NCBI RefSeq assembly: GCF_037042905.1
Contig: NC_087245.1
Coordinates: 36,520,001 to 36,584,000 of the forward strand
Length of the DNA: 64,000 nt
Direction of reading: 5' to 3'
Origin: Lytechinus pictus
Taxonomy: Eukaryota
This document shows, one piece after another, positions 37,581 to 50,658 of this stretch; within the stretch, counting starts at the first letter, position 1; every line of letters starts with the position of its first letter. Made by a program: the position numbers and the translations under genes. The notes under the pieces were generated by a model. It was not told the DNA's origin, ran no database searches, and saw nothing but the letters and a program-made list of their open reading frames with translations.

Positions 37581-38013
37581 TTAAAGCAGCACACTGAAAT
37601 CAGATGGCAGTATCCCATACAAACTAAGCATTTTATTATGCATATACCTCTATGAGTGCAGAAGCAAAATATTCATTCATATTGATTGTTTGTGCATAAG
37701 AACATCTATGCTGTTTATAATGATGACATTGTCATTGTCTTGATAATTAAACCTTTGAATTAAACGCATGCCCTCAATTTCCCAACGGGGTAATATTTCT
37801 CATAAACCTTTTCTAGAAAAAGCTTCACAATCTTCCACTGGAATAAGTGACCTTCAAATAGATTTGGTCATAGGAAATGATCTGATTATTTTTGTATGTT
37901 GGAGAAAGATTGTTAATTCTGCCCGAAGTCTCATATCATGTTATATCGACCTGAAAAAAATAGAAGTGTCATTTCATCCATCTCCTATATCTTATGTTCT
38001 CCTTCTCCGACAG

Positions 38014-38149
38014 GAACCTACAGAAGTACGTCTACGAGGAGGCGCAGAAGAGGATGGTGTTGTCACGGCAACAACAGTTCAACGAGAAGCACTGTATCTG
38101 CTGCTTTTCATCATTTGGATTCATCTTAAACAGGAAGATACAATGTCAG
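38014..38149 (+). CDS. MYRIP: MYRIP-like exon: end of SHD1 helix and first half of zinc finger (NLQKYVYEEAQKRMVLSRQQQFNEKHCICCFSSFGFILNRKIQCQ)
   Basis: Pyrimidine tract plus CAG acceptor ending 38013; CAG|GTAAGG donor; phase 2 to 0; FNE.HC..C...F.F..N....C pattern typical of the family. Confidence 0.93.
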
Positions 38150-38856
38150 GTAAGGGAGGAAATGGTGAAAAATATCCCACTCCCAATTTTCATTGCTTTA
38201 TGCACATGATGCAGGTTATGACATATTTCTTACAGTACAATACGCCACACAAATGAAAAATAGGCCATTTGGATACACCAGTTAAGCTAGTGCGTCTATT
38301 AATCTAATGATTAAAGTAAGCTTGTAGCAATGGCTTTGTATACCTTTGAGTGTAGTCATTCAGTATTTTGTAGTTTTGCCAAAATGCATTTAAGATCCAT
38401 GAATATATACTGTACCTGCAATAGTAAATTCTTATGCACATGACTTCGTCTGCTTTTCTTGCTTGAAATCACTTTAAACAAGAGTTTTTAAAGAAAATAC
38501 TGGTATGCCATTCTCAATTTTTCCAAGTTACAACCAGATGAGTGCTTCTACTCATTAATGCTCATCAAAATTGTCAAAAATCAGAAAGATACATGTAGGT
38601 ATGTTTACAAATCTATAGCATAGCTATGTTACTTTCTACCAAATGGAATCATTTTACTGTTGCCAATTTGACAAACAACTTGTAATTAAAATCAAACCTT
38701 AATTAAATTTCGTAAAAGATTTCAGCTATATTTTGATATTGAGAATTAATGTACATTAAACAAAATTTGGACTGATAGTTCTTACTCAATATGTTAAAGA
38801 TGAATGCAACAATTGTTTTTATTATAAAGTAATATCAAATTATTTCTTTAATACAG

Positions 38857-38942
38857 GTGTGCCGATTTTTTATCTGCAAAAACTGCAGAGCGAAGTCAGA
38901 GAAAAAGGAGGACATTTCATGTATTGCTTGTGTACAACAACA
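38857..38942 (+). CDS. MYRIP: MYRIP-like exon: zinc finger second half (VCRFFICKNCRAKSEKKEDISCIACVQQ)
   Basis: tttctttaatacag acceptor; CA|GTAAGT donor; phase 0 to 2; completes the CQVC, CKNC and CIAC ligand pairs. Confidence 0.93.
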
Positions 38943-40407
38943 GTAAGTTTTTTGTTTATATCTATTTCTTCTTCAACTTGCACTTATCATGCCATTAGCT
39001 GGATGAGAAAACCAAAAGTGTATGCTCTAAAACTCCTTGTGCCCAAATCTGTTATTGAGTCTATAGAAACAATGAAAAGAATACGATACTGATTATTGTG
39101 TAAAAAAAAACCCAAAACCCAGATAATTGATTTTGATTTTTTTTTTATCATCAGAAAATACACCAAGTAAACCTCTCCATAAAGACCACCTGTTCATGAA
39201 AACTGAATTCCATGTCTTCCATTGTTCATGTCCAAAATACAAAAATAATGGTATAAACCACCTCCATTACTGCATGAAATGGAAGGTCTGCCTCGCATCG
39301 CCCTCGGCTAGAGAACATAATTTGCCATGATAATTGAGCATCATAAAAACTCATGCTCATTAGAGAAGAGATAGAGTGGCAATAATGTAACCAATGCTTG
39401 CAGTCATGACTACCGTTATTAAGGTAGAGATATTGTATTCTCATGGCTCGCAGGTCAGCAATACCTGCTCGTTCTCTGGAATCTCTTGTGTTATTCAACG
39501 AGAAACTCTCTCGGATATGTGCACCTGCATTTAAGTTGATGTGAAATGCTGGATGGGGAGTGGGTGATCGTACGTGAAGGGTTTTTAACCATTCGAATCA
39601 TATTGTATACAAATATTCAATGTTTATGAGTGCGATCGTTCTCAATATTACATGAACGTGCAAGTTGATAGAATCTATTCAACGACGCGAAGCAGAGTTT
39701 AATAGTTTGCTTAAACTTGCACCGAATGTATTATTCAAACGGTATTTTCAAAAGAATGACACAATATCAACTTAAAGAAGAAAATAGGGAAAAAAACATA
39801 ACATTTTATAAAACGGAACATGTTTTGAGGCTCACACCTCATCATCAGCCTAAAAGCTTAGAACAGAGTTACTGGTATTTATACATTTTGGATATCAAGC
39901 TAATTTCAAGAATGTAGTTACAAAATACATCGGTATGTCGAACAGTGAATTTGAACGGTTGCACGAATGACAAAACATTGAATGTTTTACAGAACCCACG
40001 ATTTGAGGATATAGTCTAGACCAAAATTAGCAAAATAGATTGAAAGTATTAGCGTTGTGAGGACTGTAGCAATGGGCATTTATTCATATCATATTAATCG
40101 GCATGAAATATTGAACATGTTCCTACAAATCTTCCCAATCAGGAAGCTCCCATTTTAAATCGTGGGGAAAAATGAAGCAGAATAAATGTAAACGTCAAAA
40201 GGGTCTAGTCGTTGGATGAGTGCAAATAGGTCTTTTCAGACAAAATAACAGCGGCGCGTGGACGTAAAGTTTACAAGACAAATCCTTTTCTTATGGAACT
40301 ATGGCCAAATCTCTGTTTTCATTGAAAGAAATCCAATTAATTGTAATCATTGACATCAAAATACAATGTGATGAATTCTTTTAACATTTTTTTATTTGTG
40401 AATACAG

Positions 40408-40520
40408 GGAACTACAGGTGAGAGCGTGCGAATGGTTCTATGCCCAGATCAGAGCTAAATTCAGACGGTTTGGCAGTGCTAAGGTGGTGCGTTCACTCTA
40501 CAAGAGAGATAAAGAAAGAG
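40408..40520 (+). CDS. MYRIP: MYRIP-like exon: SHD2 (QELQVRACEWFYAQIRAKFRRFGSAKVVRSLYKRDKER)
   Basis: T-rich tract plus acag acceptor; AG|GTATGT donor; phase 2 to 1; EWFY and RFGSAKV motifs. Confidence 0.95.
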
Positions 40521-42344
40521 GTATGTTAATACAGTATAAACAAGTTTTTTAAATACACAGTGGCATATGCAGGTGGGTGGTTAAAGGGGAACTATTCCCC
40601 CTTTTATTTTTTTTCATACCAACCCTCTGTCAGGTAAAAGCTTGTTATGGTTGATCACTTAATCGTCATCGATGGACTGTCTATGAATCCATGTTACGCA
40701 GAATGGAACGCTCGTATCACCTCCCACTCACTCAGATTGGGGTCACAAAGCAGATCAGATCACGATCACGTAGAGTAGTTCACTCAGAATAAATAGCGCC
40801 CCCTTCAGAATGAATGACATGGAATCGGACGTGGATCTGTCTTTCCATGAAATAGGAGCCACCTGAAAATTATAGTAAACTTCTTCATGACAAAACCTGC
40901 TATACAACTTGAGTTCCTATTAAAAGTTGTAGATCACATTAAATTGAATGGTTCTAAATGTCCAAGCAAATATTCTTTCATGAAAATATAGATGGTCTCA
41001 AATAACAACTTAGGAATTGTTTTACATAATTTTCTTTGCAAAATATGCTTCATAAATACCAATGAATGGATTATTAATTTGATGTTACTGCAAAACCGAC
41101 ATTCTCTCATCTATTTTAAAATGTCACCTTTCAGAACAAATTAATTGCCTCAAAACAAATATAGAAATATCACAGACTTACACTTGATTTCTGGAATGTA
41201 GAAATAATAACCAACTGCCAGTAAATAGCTTGAAGCTGGCAAAATAAAACTAGAAGAAATCTTTCTCAGTGAGGGTCTGCGTGTTCCCTCTGTAAAAAAT
41301 CAAAAATGGTTCCAGCTTTCTGTATAGACCTCTGCAACTAACCCAACATAGCTCCACACCCCACTGACTATACAAACTGTGCACTCAACCTAAAGTGGTG
41401 GAGTTGATTTGCATATCAATTAGTAAGACCAAGTGCAGCTCCTTTCAAATGGATAACAAGAATTCAAGGCAGAGGGAAAAGTAGTTAACTAATTCAGGGG
41501 CACTCTGACACCCTCCCCCCTTAATTTTTTTTTTTTTGCTTGTCCAATTTGTTTTGAAGTACGAAACAACATACAATTTGTGGTGAATGCCTTTTTTTTT
41601 TTTGGGGGGGGGGGCTTGTCATTTTTGGGGGGAGTAGGAAACTACCTAAAAATGGTGGTAAAGACTTTTTTTTTTTTTTGGTTGTCACCATTTCATTCAA
41701 ATTGAAAACCCCACCCTTTAAAAAAAAATCCTTCGTAAACTACTGTAAATACATATATGTAGAAAAAAAATCACATTGTATACTTTTCATAAATGTTATG
41801 CAAGTTTTTTTTTATAAGCCTATAGATGATGCATATTTTCATACAATTTATTCTTGTTATAAAACTGATGTATAAATAGCAACAAATTTTGCACTAAAGT
41901 AGATAGGGTTCATCTTATGGGGAATGAATGCTCTGAATTTGTTAATGGATTTTTGTTTTGTTTTGTATTCCCTATTCTTTCCCTGTCATTAATGATTATT
42001 AGTTGAGATCAACTGTTTGTGCGATGTACCCTTAACATGAATTTATTGCGAAATCCAGTGGATTGGGCCAAATACAATGACAATGGATGTAAGATTCACT
42101 TCTAAAACAATGCAAATGATCATCCTTTAGTTAATAGATATTTCCTCTCATGTTTTTATGTGATTTGATCTTTTATACTATTACTATGTGAAAATACAAG
42201 TCACATGGCATCAGCTGGGTAATTTGTAAGTTTATTATTTGATATCTTCAAATCGAAATTGAAAGCATATCTCTTTAATTAGGAAATTTCTGTGTACACA
42301 TAGAATTAAGTAAAAAGAGCTCTGAACTTGCGCAGCTGAATATA

Positions 42345-43079
42345 CAGTCCGACCTCTCTTATCCGGACACGTTGGGACCAGCACCAATCCGGATAAGGGA
42401 TTTATCCAGATGTGGGAGATCCAATATTCAATACACACAGCTGCCTCCCTTACAGTAGCTACACGTAATCTATTGTAGTGGGCGTACACAGATAGTATTC
42501 ACTGCAGTGTCAGTGCAAATTATAGGCGGTATTTTTACGGAAATGAAGTCGATCGATGGCCAAAACTGTTGGATAATTTACCTGCTAAAATGATTGAGGT
42601 ATACATCGAGCATACCTCAAAAGAAAGAGAATGACTCGATGGAACTAAGTTTTACAATTAGATCATCGTGGCGGGTATCGTAGCTTTGCAATGTCAGCCA
42701 TTGTTATACTGACTGTAGGCTCAAAAATGATATATGGCGCTGTCCATATTGAGGCCAAGCGTTAGCGTTTTTCCTGGGTAACAAAAAAGGGAACGTGATG
42801 AAATGTTTGCGCTGCGCCCTAATTTACTGGAAAATTATCCTGCCTAAGTTCTTTTGGTGAATTTTGATGAGATATTTTCATGAAAAATCATGTTGTTGTA
42901 GGTAGACTATATTGGAAAATATATGTAATCAAAGTGAGTTTGCGTATAGGATTGAGTTTAAATTGAAATCTCATTTCCTCACGTACTACATTGAATTGAA
43001 AAAAAAAATTTTGGCAAGTGTGCGTCCGGATAATAGAGAGATCCGGATAATGGGAGGCCGGATAAGAGAGGTCGGACTG
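42345..43079. mobile_element. Tc1/mariner (pogo/Tigger-like) non-autonomous element, 735 bp
   Basis: Perfect 22-bp TIR CAGTCCGACCTCTCTTATCCGG, TA TSD, subterminal ATCCGGATAA repeats, no transposase ORF. Confidence 0.9.
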
Positions 43080-44692
43080 TATTCACGTAAAAGCTGCAAT
43101 ATACAAATTTATGTTTATTATTATTATTATGTGAATTATTCTCATGAGATTTATTCTATAGTTGTATTTTAAATGTTTTTAGATGTAAAATGAGACCATG
43201 TAAAAGTGACATAAAAAGACCCATACATAATTGTTTCTCAGTTGTACAATTCAAGCTGATTATTGATGTGATAGACTTGAAGTCATGTCCCAATTCTATT
43301 TATCTTAGGTATTTCTCATTGATGAAATGTCATGTCTTACTCAGTTAATACAGACTCCACCGTCTCTTCATTTCTATGTAGCATTCAGTAACACTTTATC
43401 CAGTAATACAGTATAATAAAACTCTTCTAAAAAAATAATCCTCAAAATGTAATTTTGAAAACAGGCTAAGTAATATACTTGGCTCTAAGGTATGTAATTT
43501 TCCATGCAATAGCTCTTCTATTTTAAGGTATAAGGATAAAAAGGAAGTCTCCTTTATATGCTGGTGGTCTTGAAAGCACCAAGTGTACAATAGCTATTTG
43601 ATCATATTCTTACGACCTGTGCCCAGTTACACAACGTTCAGCAATCAATCTAACAATCGATTTGTATGAGTGATCGTACATAGTTATGAAGGCAATCACT
43701 TATTAAAATCATTTGTATGATCAATCTCACAGCCCTGTGATACAGGAACTCGGTTATACCAATGTCCCCCACAGGGTATACATCAGCTGGTTGGAATACA
43801 GATTTAATGATTCCCTCGGGGTCAGACTGTCACATTTATTTTAGAGTAAGATGGGTTTTTCCTGGGTCTTGTATCAGTCAGCCCAGATACCCAATGCCTC
43901 CGGCAATCAAACGTTGCGAGTGTATCGCTAAAATGATGCAAAAATTCATCGCCATGCCCCAGCTATCTTAGGGAGATGTGGAACCCTTGATAATTGTTAG
44001 AAGATAAAAGCATGCCTTACTTTCTTGAACTGACATTCAAGAATCAAAATGATGGGATTTGAGATGGATATCGAAGTCGCGATGATTCTAGATATTGCGA
44101 TCTAAAATAATTGACTAAAAATACTAGTACAAATGATAACATCTGATCTACTATTGTGTGGCCTATTTATTAATCTCTTTATCTCAATTCGGCTCTTATT
44201 GCTTTATTGCCCATCCCGTTTTATCTCCCTCTCTTTCTATTTCTCTGTCTGTCTTTACGGTCTGTCTCTCTCTCTCTTTTGCATTGACCTTTTCCATATC
44301 TCCCTATATCTATTTCCCCATCCCTTTTTCTCTCAACCTCACATATGTTATTTGCCCTCATGTTTTCTTTTTCTTTTTTACTATCTCTCTCTCAAGTCAT
44401 TCCTTTTTTGTGAAATATTACATTTACTCTTTTCCTCTCTTTCTCTTTTTCTCATTGCATCTCTCCCTTCTCTCATTTCTCTTCTTTCGTGCTCACTTTC
44501 ACACTCTTTCTGTCTGTCTTTCTTTCCTTCTTCACTCCCTACCGATGACTTGAACTTTCTCCTTTCCCTTCAATTAATCTTTTGACTTTTTTCTCCTTCT
44601 CCCCCCCCTTGTTCTTGTATATGACTCTCTCTCTCCCCCTCTCTCTCTCTCTCTCGCTCACCTTCTCTTCCACCATCATTTGCCTATCCCAG

Positions 44693-44830
44693 GTAGTGGT
44701 TCAGAGGACGAAGACAGTCAGAACAGCGATTCCGGTGTCGGTCGTCAGAGAAGTCCTGATTCATTGGGATCTAGTTTCGATCTCTCCGCCTTCATGCAAG
44801 GTCCAAGAAACGACCAAGAAACAAACACAG
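44693..44830 (+). CDS. MYRIP: MYRIP-like exon (GSGSEDEDSQNSDSGVGRQRSPDSLGSSFDLSAFMQGPRNDQETNT)
   Basis: Long CT tract plus ccag acceptor; CAG|GTAAGG donor; 138 nt, phase 1 to 1, open frame, higher GC than flanks. Confidence 0.85.
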
Positions 44831-45300
44831 GTAAGGCATTGCCTGGTTGTGATATTGTTTTGACTAGTGGTCCAGTGGTCAAGTCTCCAAACTATGAGCC
44901 ATAAGGTATGTGGTTCAAATCCTTTCACAGCATCCCTCCTTTAAAAAAACATCAGACAGCTGAAATCTGATGCCTGTGGTAAAAACATATCTGTAACTTT
45001 CCGAGATTGCTTTAAATAAAATTGCTTGGACATCATTTATATATCAAGTTCCAACGAGATAAAAGCAGATTATTATCACATGCCGCTCTTTACCCTGGTG
45101 TTAAATAGGTAACACTAGTGTATGAGGATAAATGCAATTACCCACCATTGTGAACACATTGGCACCTGGGAGTGGAGAAGGTGTATGGAGTGGAGAGTGT
45201 GCGTGTATTGTGTAAGTCATTATCATAGTGGAAAAGATGCATACATTATGATTGATGGCTTAATTAAAAATCCTTCAAAGACAAAAAAATGTACCCAGTA

Positions 45301-45552
45301 CACTCCAAAAAATATTGGGTAAAATTTTAACCAGCACGAGGGTAATTATGTGTCCAACCAATTTGGGGCAGTATTTTACCCAATGCGGAAAGCATATTGT
45401 CCAGTAAGGTTGAAAAATAAGCAGCAATTACTTTAGAATGGGCAAAATTTCCATCGCACTGGATAAATAAAAATTTCCAAAAGAAATGCCCAATGTTGGT
45501 TGGGCACATAATTACCCTTATGGAGCACTTTTACCCAGAGTTTTTTAGAGTG
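45301..45552. mobile_element. CACTA/EnSpm-like MITE
   Basis: ta-CACTCCAAAAAA..TGGGTAAAA vs TTTTACCCA..TTTTTTAGAGTG-ta. Confidence 0.7.
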
Positions 45553-47724
45553 TAATGCCCACCTCCTCCCTATATGTTAATCAAAATCCTTATAATGATT
45601 AATCACTCCCAGTACGAATTGGAGGCTTGCAATTCTTTCACAATATAGTTTGTACAGTGGTCTCTAGGGGGTGTGTTTCATAAACCACTTCATCAGTTAC
45701 ACATGACTTTATACACAACTTTATGCATGCCTTCATAGTTATTGTTGATTCAATAAAGCGCACAATGATAAAAAAAATCTTATGTATGATTTCAGACGTG
45801 ACTCAGATATGTTCTTAGCTGCTAAAGTCAGCCATATAGCGACTAAGTATAGTTTTACCGTAAGAAAGGATTACCAGTCATGCATAACGTATGTAAATTA
45901 AAGCAACATTTACGAACAGCTATCTGAAATGACACAGCATTTTCCTCTTAGTATTTCTGTCTCATCTTTCTAATTGTTTGGTGTCTTTATGTGGTTCATG
46001 TTACTGTAATGACTGACATTAGAAGACATTATATCCTACGTATGATATGGTTTTAAAAATAGAAAATTGTATTATTTGAGACTTGTTATTTTGATAGGAA
46101 AAATACAAGATGAACACATCAATTCAGTGGATTAAGGGGAAAGAGTGAGAAATAAGAAAGAAGGAGGGTTGCAAAAGTCACAAACAGAATGAAGATGTGG
46201 GCAGAGTCCGCCATAAAGACAGAGAACAAATATTTACTCAGACAGGAATTAGACTTGATATTTGGATCGCTTGCCAGCCTTTTGAAGACAGCTGAGATGA
46301 GGTGAACCTTTCCACAGTCACTTAACTCTGATTATCTGCGAAGGCCTCTGATTATGTTAAGGTGTGTTCATGCGCTTTGACTGAAGCTTCGACCAGGAAC
46401 GTGAATTCCAATCAAAATGCTACGGAGTTAACACAAAATATGGTTATAGGCCAACATTTAAGTGATTCTCCCTCGATTCAAGCCCACCCAATTGACACAG
46501 GAAGTTTAAGTCATCTGTTACCGAGGAGAGCATTAAAGTGGTTTTCATCAACACTGATTCTGCCTCATTTCAAACCCACCCAATGATCACAGGAAGTAGA
46601 GATTTCCTTTGAGTGTATATTATGCAGTGCATGTGGGATAGCTTAGCAAAATGCTCGTCATGGAATCACAATTTAGATCTCTGTTGCATTAAAGTGATTT
46701 TTTCTCAGCAACTATGATTTGATTCAGAATCATGTTTCAAACTGCCCCCTTTTGCAGTATTTCATGTTTCATCGCAATAGACGTTTATTTGAACGCAGCA
46801 ATGGTATGAACAAAACGCCGTTGAAAACCCATGTTTCTTGGGTACAAAAGTGTAGTTTGAACCCAGCCTGTGTCGGTCTAATGTGTCTCGGGCAAGCTAA
46901 CTTCTGTTTATAGAGCGCAGGTCTCATCTTTCATCACACAACCACATGAGAGGAAAGTGATTTCTTTCTGTTTGTCAAATTGACTTGGAGATGAGTTGGA
47001 AGGCTCTCATTCTTTTGATCCCGGGCAGAAGCAGAGGAAAATGTTCAGGGGAACATAGGTAATTGGGGTAATGCGAAGAAAAATGAGCATGGCAAGGACA
47101 TATGTAACATTTGCTAATATAGTATAAGGAAAAGAATGAGAATAAGATAGAGAGGGGGTGAAGGGTTAGAGAAGAGAGAAAGATCTAGACCGAAAGAATA
47201 ATCTTACAAAACTGCAGTGTCATGCCCACATAGTGATCTAGTGTAGAGCATTATTATCGTTATTGATTACTGCTTCAGAGAGGATTTATTTTTAACTTCT
47301 TCATAATGGTGAATCAGTGGCGAATATCTTATTCACCTCATACGTCCATATACAGCAAAAACTTCTCCTATCATCTATCAACTCATGCATGCATACGTTT
47401 GCTTTGATATCCCATGTAAAATTCATGGATAAGTATTATTTTAATCATCATCGGCACTGGGTCTCCAGTCATGCATACATTCATCAATAAGCAATGCTAT
47501 TATTTCCTAGTCATTATTTATGCACTGAGTCGTCAGTCTGGGCGCTTGGGTATATCCACAAATTATGTTTCCTATTCATTCACACTTAATTCCCTGTTTA
47601 GGGCCCGTATGCCTATTTTTGTGTAAGTATATAGAGATGCAAAGACCGTAACAGCAGTCTTGTTTTATGGCAATCAGGGTTCAAGATTGTAAAGTATTGA
47701 ATAGACAATGTGATGTGTGGTGCA

Positions 47725-47832
47725 AGAGGAGGAGAAGGAGAAGGAGGAAGAGAAGAAGACAGAATAGAAAGAGAATTAAAAAGAAGAAGAAGGAGATGAT
47801 GATAATGATGATGATGATGATGATGATGACGT

Positions 47833-47893
<61 letters not shown>

Positions 47894-47898
47894 AAAGG

Positions 47899-47938
<40 letters not shown>

Positions 47939-47957
47939 AAAGAGAATGAGGAAGAAT
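47725..47957. repeat. GGA/GAA plus (GAT)n compound microsatellite
   Basis: Direct observation. Confidence 0.95.
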
Positions 47958-48440
47958 TGAAAAAAAGAGAGAAGCTCAACTCAATAATTTTCATAAATAT
48001 CTAGCTCACATGACAATCATTTCCATAACATTTTACATATGACCTCTAAAACAAAAAGTATTTTCTGCTCTTTGCTTCAGAACAAATGCACCCTCACACA
48101 GATGGCTTGATAAGCTCATTCAATTGACACTTTCCCAAAATGCAACTGCAGCTATCGCCCTTGTATGTATTTGTAATGGACCCTATTCATTCAATTAAGT
48201 ATTAACACTGCCTCTGTCCATTTGATAACAGGCGAGGGGGCTTTATGCATCACATGGTAATTGATTATTTCCCTTTAATTGGTCGCTATGATGTTCTAGA
48301 ACTTGATGCTCTTGTCGTCTGGCTGAATGGTATATAGGAGGGAGCAGATGTGTTGTTATTCAATGATGAGGGCAATGTCCTATTATTGAGGCAGTTATTG
48401 TTATAATTGTAGTTTTGTCTATCGATCTAGACACATTAAT

Positions 48441-48663
48441 TGGGTGATTTCAAGTCCGGTGTTGGTGTTGAATTTGGATTGCTTCCCCTAGCTCCAAAAC
48501 TTATTCAGAGTTTGCAAAACTGATCCAGATCACATTATTGACATCTCAACAACTAGTGAGTGACTTTCCGGGACCATCTTCATTTTATGTTTGGTGTTAT
48601 AATCTTGTAAAAATTGACCTAACACCAACACCAAAAGGTCAACACTAAACTTGAAATCACCCA
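48441..48663. mobile_element. MITE (Harbinger-like)
   Basis: TGGGTGATTTCAAGT / ACTTGAAATCACCCA perfect inverted ends; ggtgttggtgtt / aacaccaacacc subterminal motifs. Confidence 0.7.
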
Positions 48664-49409
48664 ATGTGTAGTTGTTAGCTATTGTTGCCACTTAATGCTG
48701 AAAAAAATAATTCATTTCAATAAATAAAACTTGTTTTTTAAGTAAAATTTAACCTTTTGCTCACAACACAAGGACAAATCGGAAGAATTACCTTGAAAAT
48801 TTTCGGCTGCTAACTGTTGTCTTCTTCTTTTCAACCAACCCAGATGAACTTTCATGATCTTATATTGTTTTTTGCATGCTATCTGAAATTGAAAGTAAAG
48901 AAATTGTACTTCAAATTTTGATGAATTTTTCAGCATTATGCTCTTTGATGTTCGTTATTTATTAAAATCAAACACCTTTTTATTTGGGTGGACTTGGCCT
49001 TTAAAAAGACTTGACACTTTGTATGAATCAGGTATCAGAATGAGGTGTGAAATTAGCTCTCCATCATGGCAAACTAAGAAGGCTCGTTCGTTTAGTTTAA
49101 AAATTTATGTTAAATATTACATGAATCATAATTGAAAGCTCCTACACAAGCATATATCTAATTTTAGAGAGCATTAAACAATTTTTCATCAGCATTGGTG
49201 CTCTTTATTTTAAACTAAATCACATAAATTAATCGCAAATGAAATTATCCAGCGCATATGACTAGTGTGAGGGAGAATTCAAGCGATTTTGCATCAGCAT
49301 TGATTCTCATTTCAAGACATATGCAACTGCACACTTTAGTGCATAGTTTGGTCCAAGGAATATGTATCTGTATGCTATGGAAAGTATATGCTATGAATCT
49401 TTAAACCAG

Positions 49410-49803
49410 TCAGGTGTCTCACAAAGATTTATGTAATACGCAATCTCATTGATTAATACGCAGTGGCGCGCATCCACTTAGCATGATTTGACCAATGTGG
49501 TGATGCCTTTCATACAGCATGCAACTGGAAATTTAAGTGTGACTTTCTAAGGGGGTGTTGCAAGAAAATATTTGTGATTAATTGCAAATATTCTGTTGCA
49601 AATTTACAACTGATAGATCAATGTTGGCTGTAGCAAATCAGATTAAACTTCTTGTTTCAAGGAGCAAATTAGCAATCAATCACTAATTTCCAATTAACTG
49701 CAAGACGTATGATTGATTTAGGGACCAAAAATTGACTTGCAATTGATCGCAAGTTTCTTGCAACACCCCATAAGTCATACTTTTCTACTTGTGAAACACT
49801 CCC
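49410..49803. mobile_element. Degenerate Harbinger-like MITE (outer), related to 12240-12425
   Basis: gtgtctcacaaag ... cttgtgaaacactccc ends; the interior is the reverse complement of about 12250-12340. Confidence 0.6.
49551..49770. mobile_element. PIF/Harbinger-like MITE with TAA TSD, nested
   Basis: TAA-GGGGGTGTTGCAAGAAA ... TTTCTTGCAACACCCCA-TAA. Confidence 0.85.
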
Positions 49804-49806
49804 CAG

Positions 49807-49977
49807 GTGGGTGTTTCATAAAGCTGTTCGTAAGTTAAGAGCGACTTTAAGAACGACTGGTGATCCTTTCTTATGGCGAATGGTATATTCATTGGCGATG
49901 GTTTTGCGCGTAAGAAAGGATCACCAGTCGTTCTTAAAGTCGCTCTTAACTTACGAACAGCTTTATGAAACACTCCC
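49807..49977. mobile_element. Young hairpin MITE with 63-bp perfect arms
   Basis: 49811-49873 is the exact reverse complement of 49911-49973; 37-nt spacer. Confidence 0.9.
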
Positions 49978-50396
49978 CATGTATATCTGTTATGACTTCA
50001 TAGAATCAAATGATCGCTTTCCCTCCCATTCAAGCGACAGTGGTTCTGCTGAGTCACTTTCAGTATCACACCTTTTTCAGAGTTTCTTGTTTGCATTTTA
50101 AAAGTGTTTTTACCGAATAAAATTCAATGCAACCATTTTCTCAACTAATGCTACACTGGTGGATCCAGTTGGTTTTGGACAGAATATAGTTTTAGCCAGG
50201 GGCCACATTGTTTGTGCTCAATATTCGTCCCCTCAAAATTATTGTGACTTATCCTCCTGGATCTGCCCCTATACTACAGTCACATCAACGAAACCGTCTC
50301 CAGACAGATCAAACCTATTACATTATTTCAAGTGGCAGTCGGTTGGTTTGACGGTTTTGGTCTGACTGCAGCATAATCATCTTTGTAAACTAATAA

Positions 50397-50658
50397 GACC
50401 TGTTCTCATCTGCTTTTTAAAACCGGTTTCCCTTGCTTGAGTTCTCATCAACATCTCCTGAACTGATTTCCAGGATAAATTGTTGCTGTGGGAACGTTCT
50501 CAGTGAAGTCGCATGGTCACGAAAACCACATCGCATCGTGGTTTTCCAGACTGCTTTGGAAGATCGCTTCCAAGACCGCTTTGAGTGTTCCCATTACTAG
50601 TTTTCATTTAACTGGTTCCCACTAAAACTAGTTTAAGAAAGTAGATGAGAACAGGGTC
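50397..50658. mobile_element. MITE related to the 822-1264 family
   Basis: GACCTGTTCTCATCT ... AGATGAGAACAGGGTC ends; shared ttggaagatc / actaaaactagttt motifs. Confidence 0.7.

Noticed and set aside
49785..50101. Two ORFs with identical N-termini on opposite strands
   Set aside because: Artefact of the palindromic MITE.
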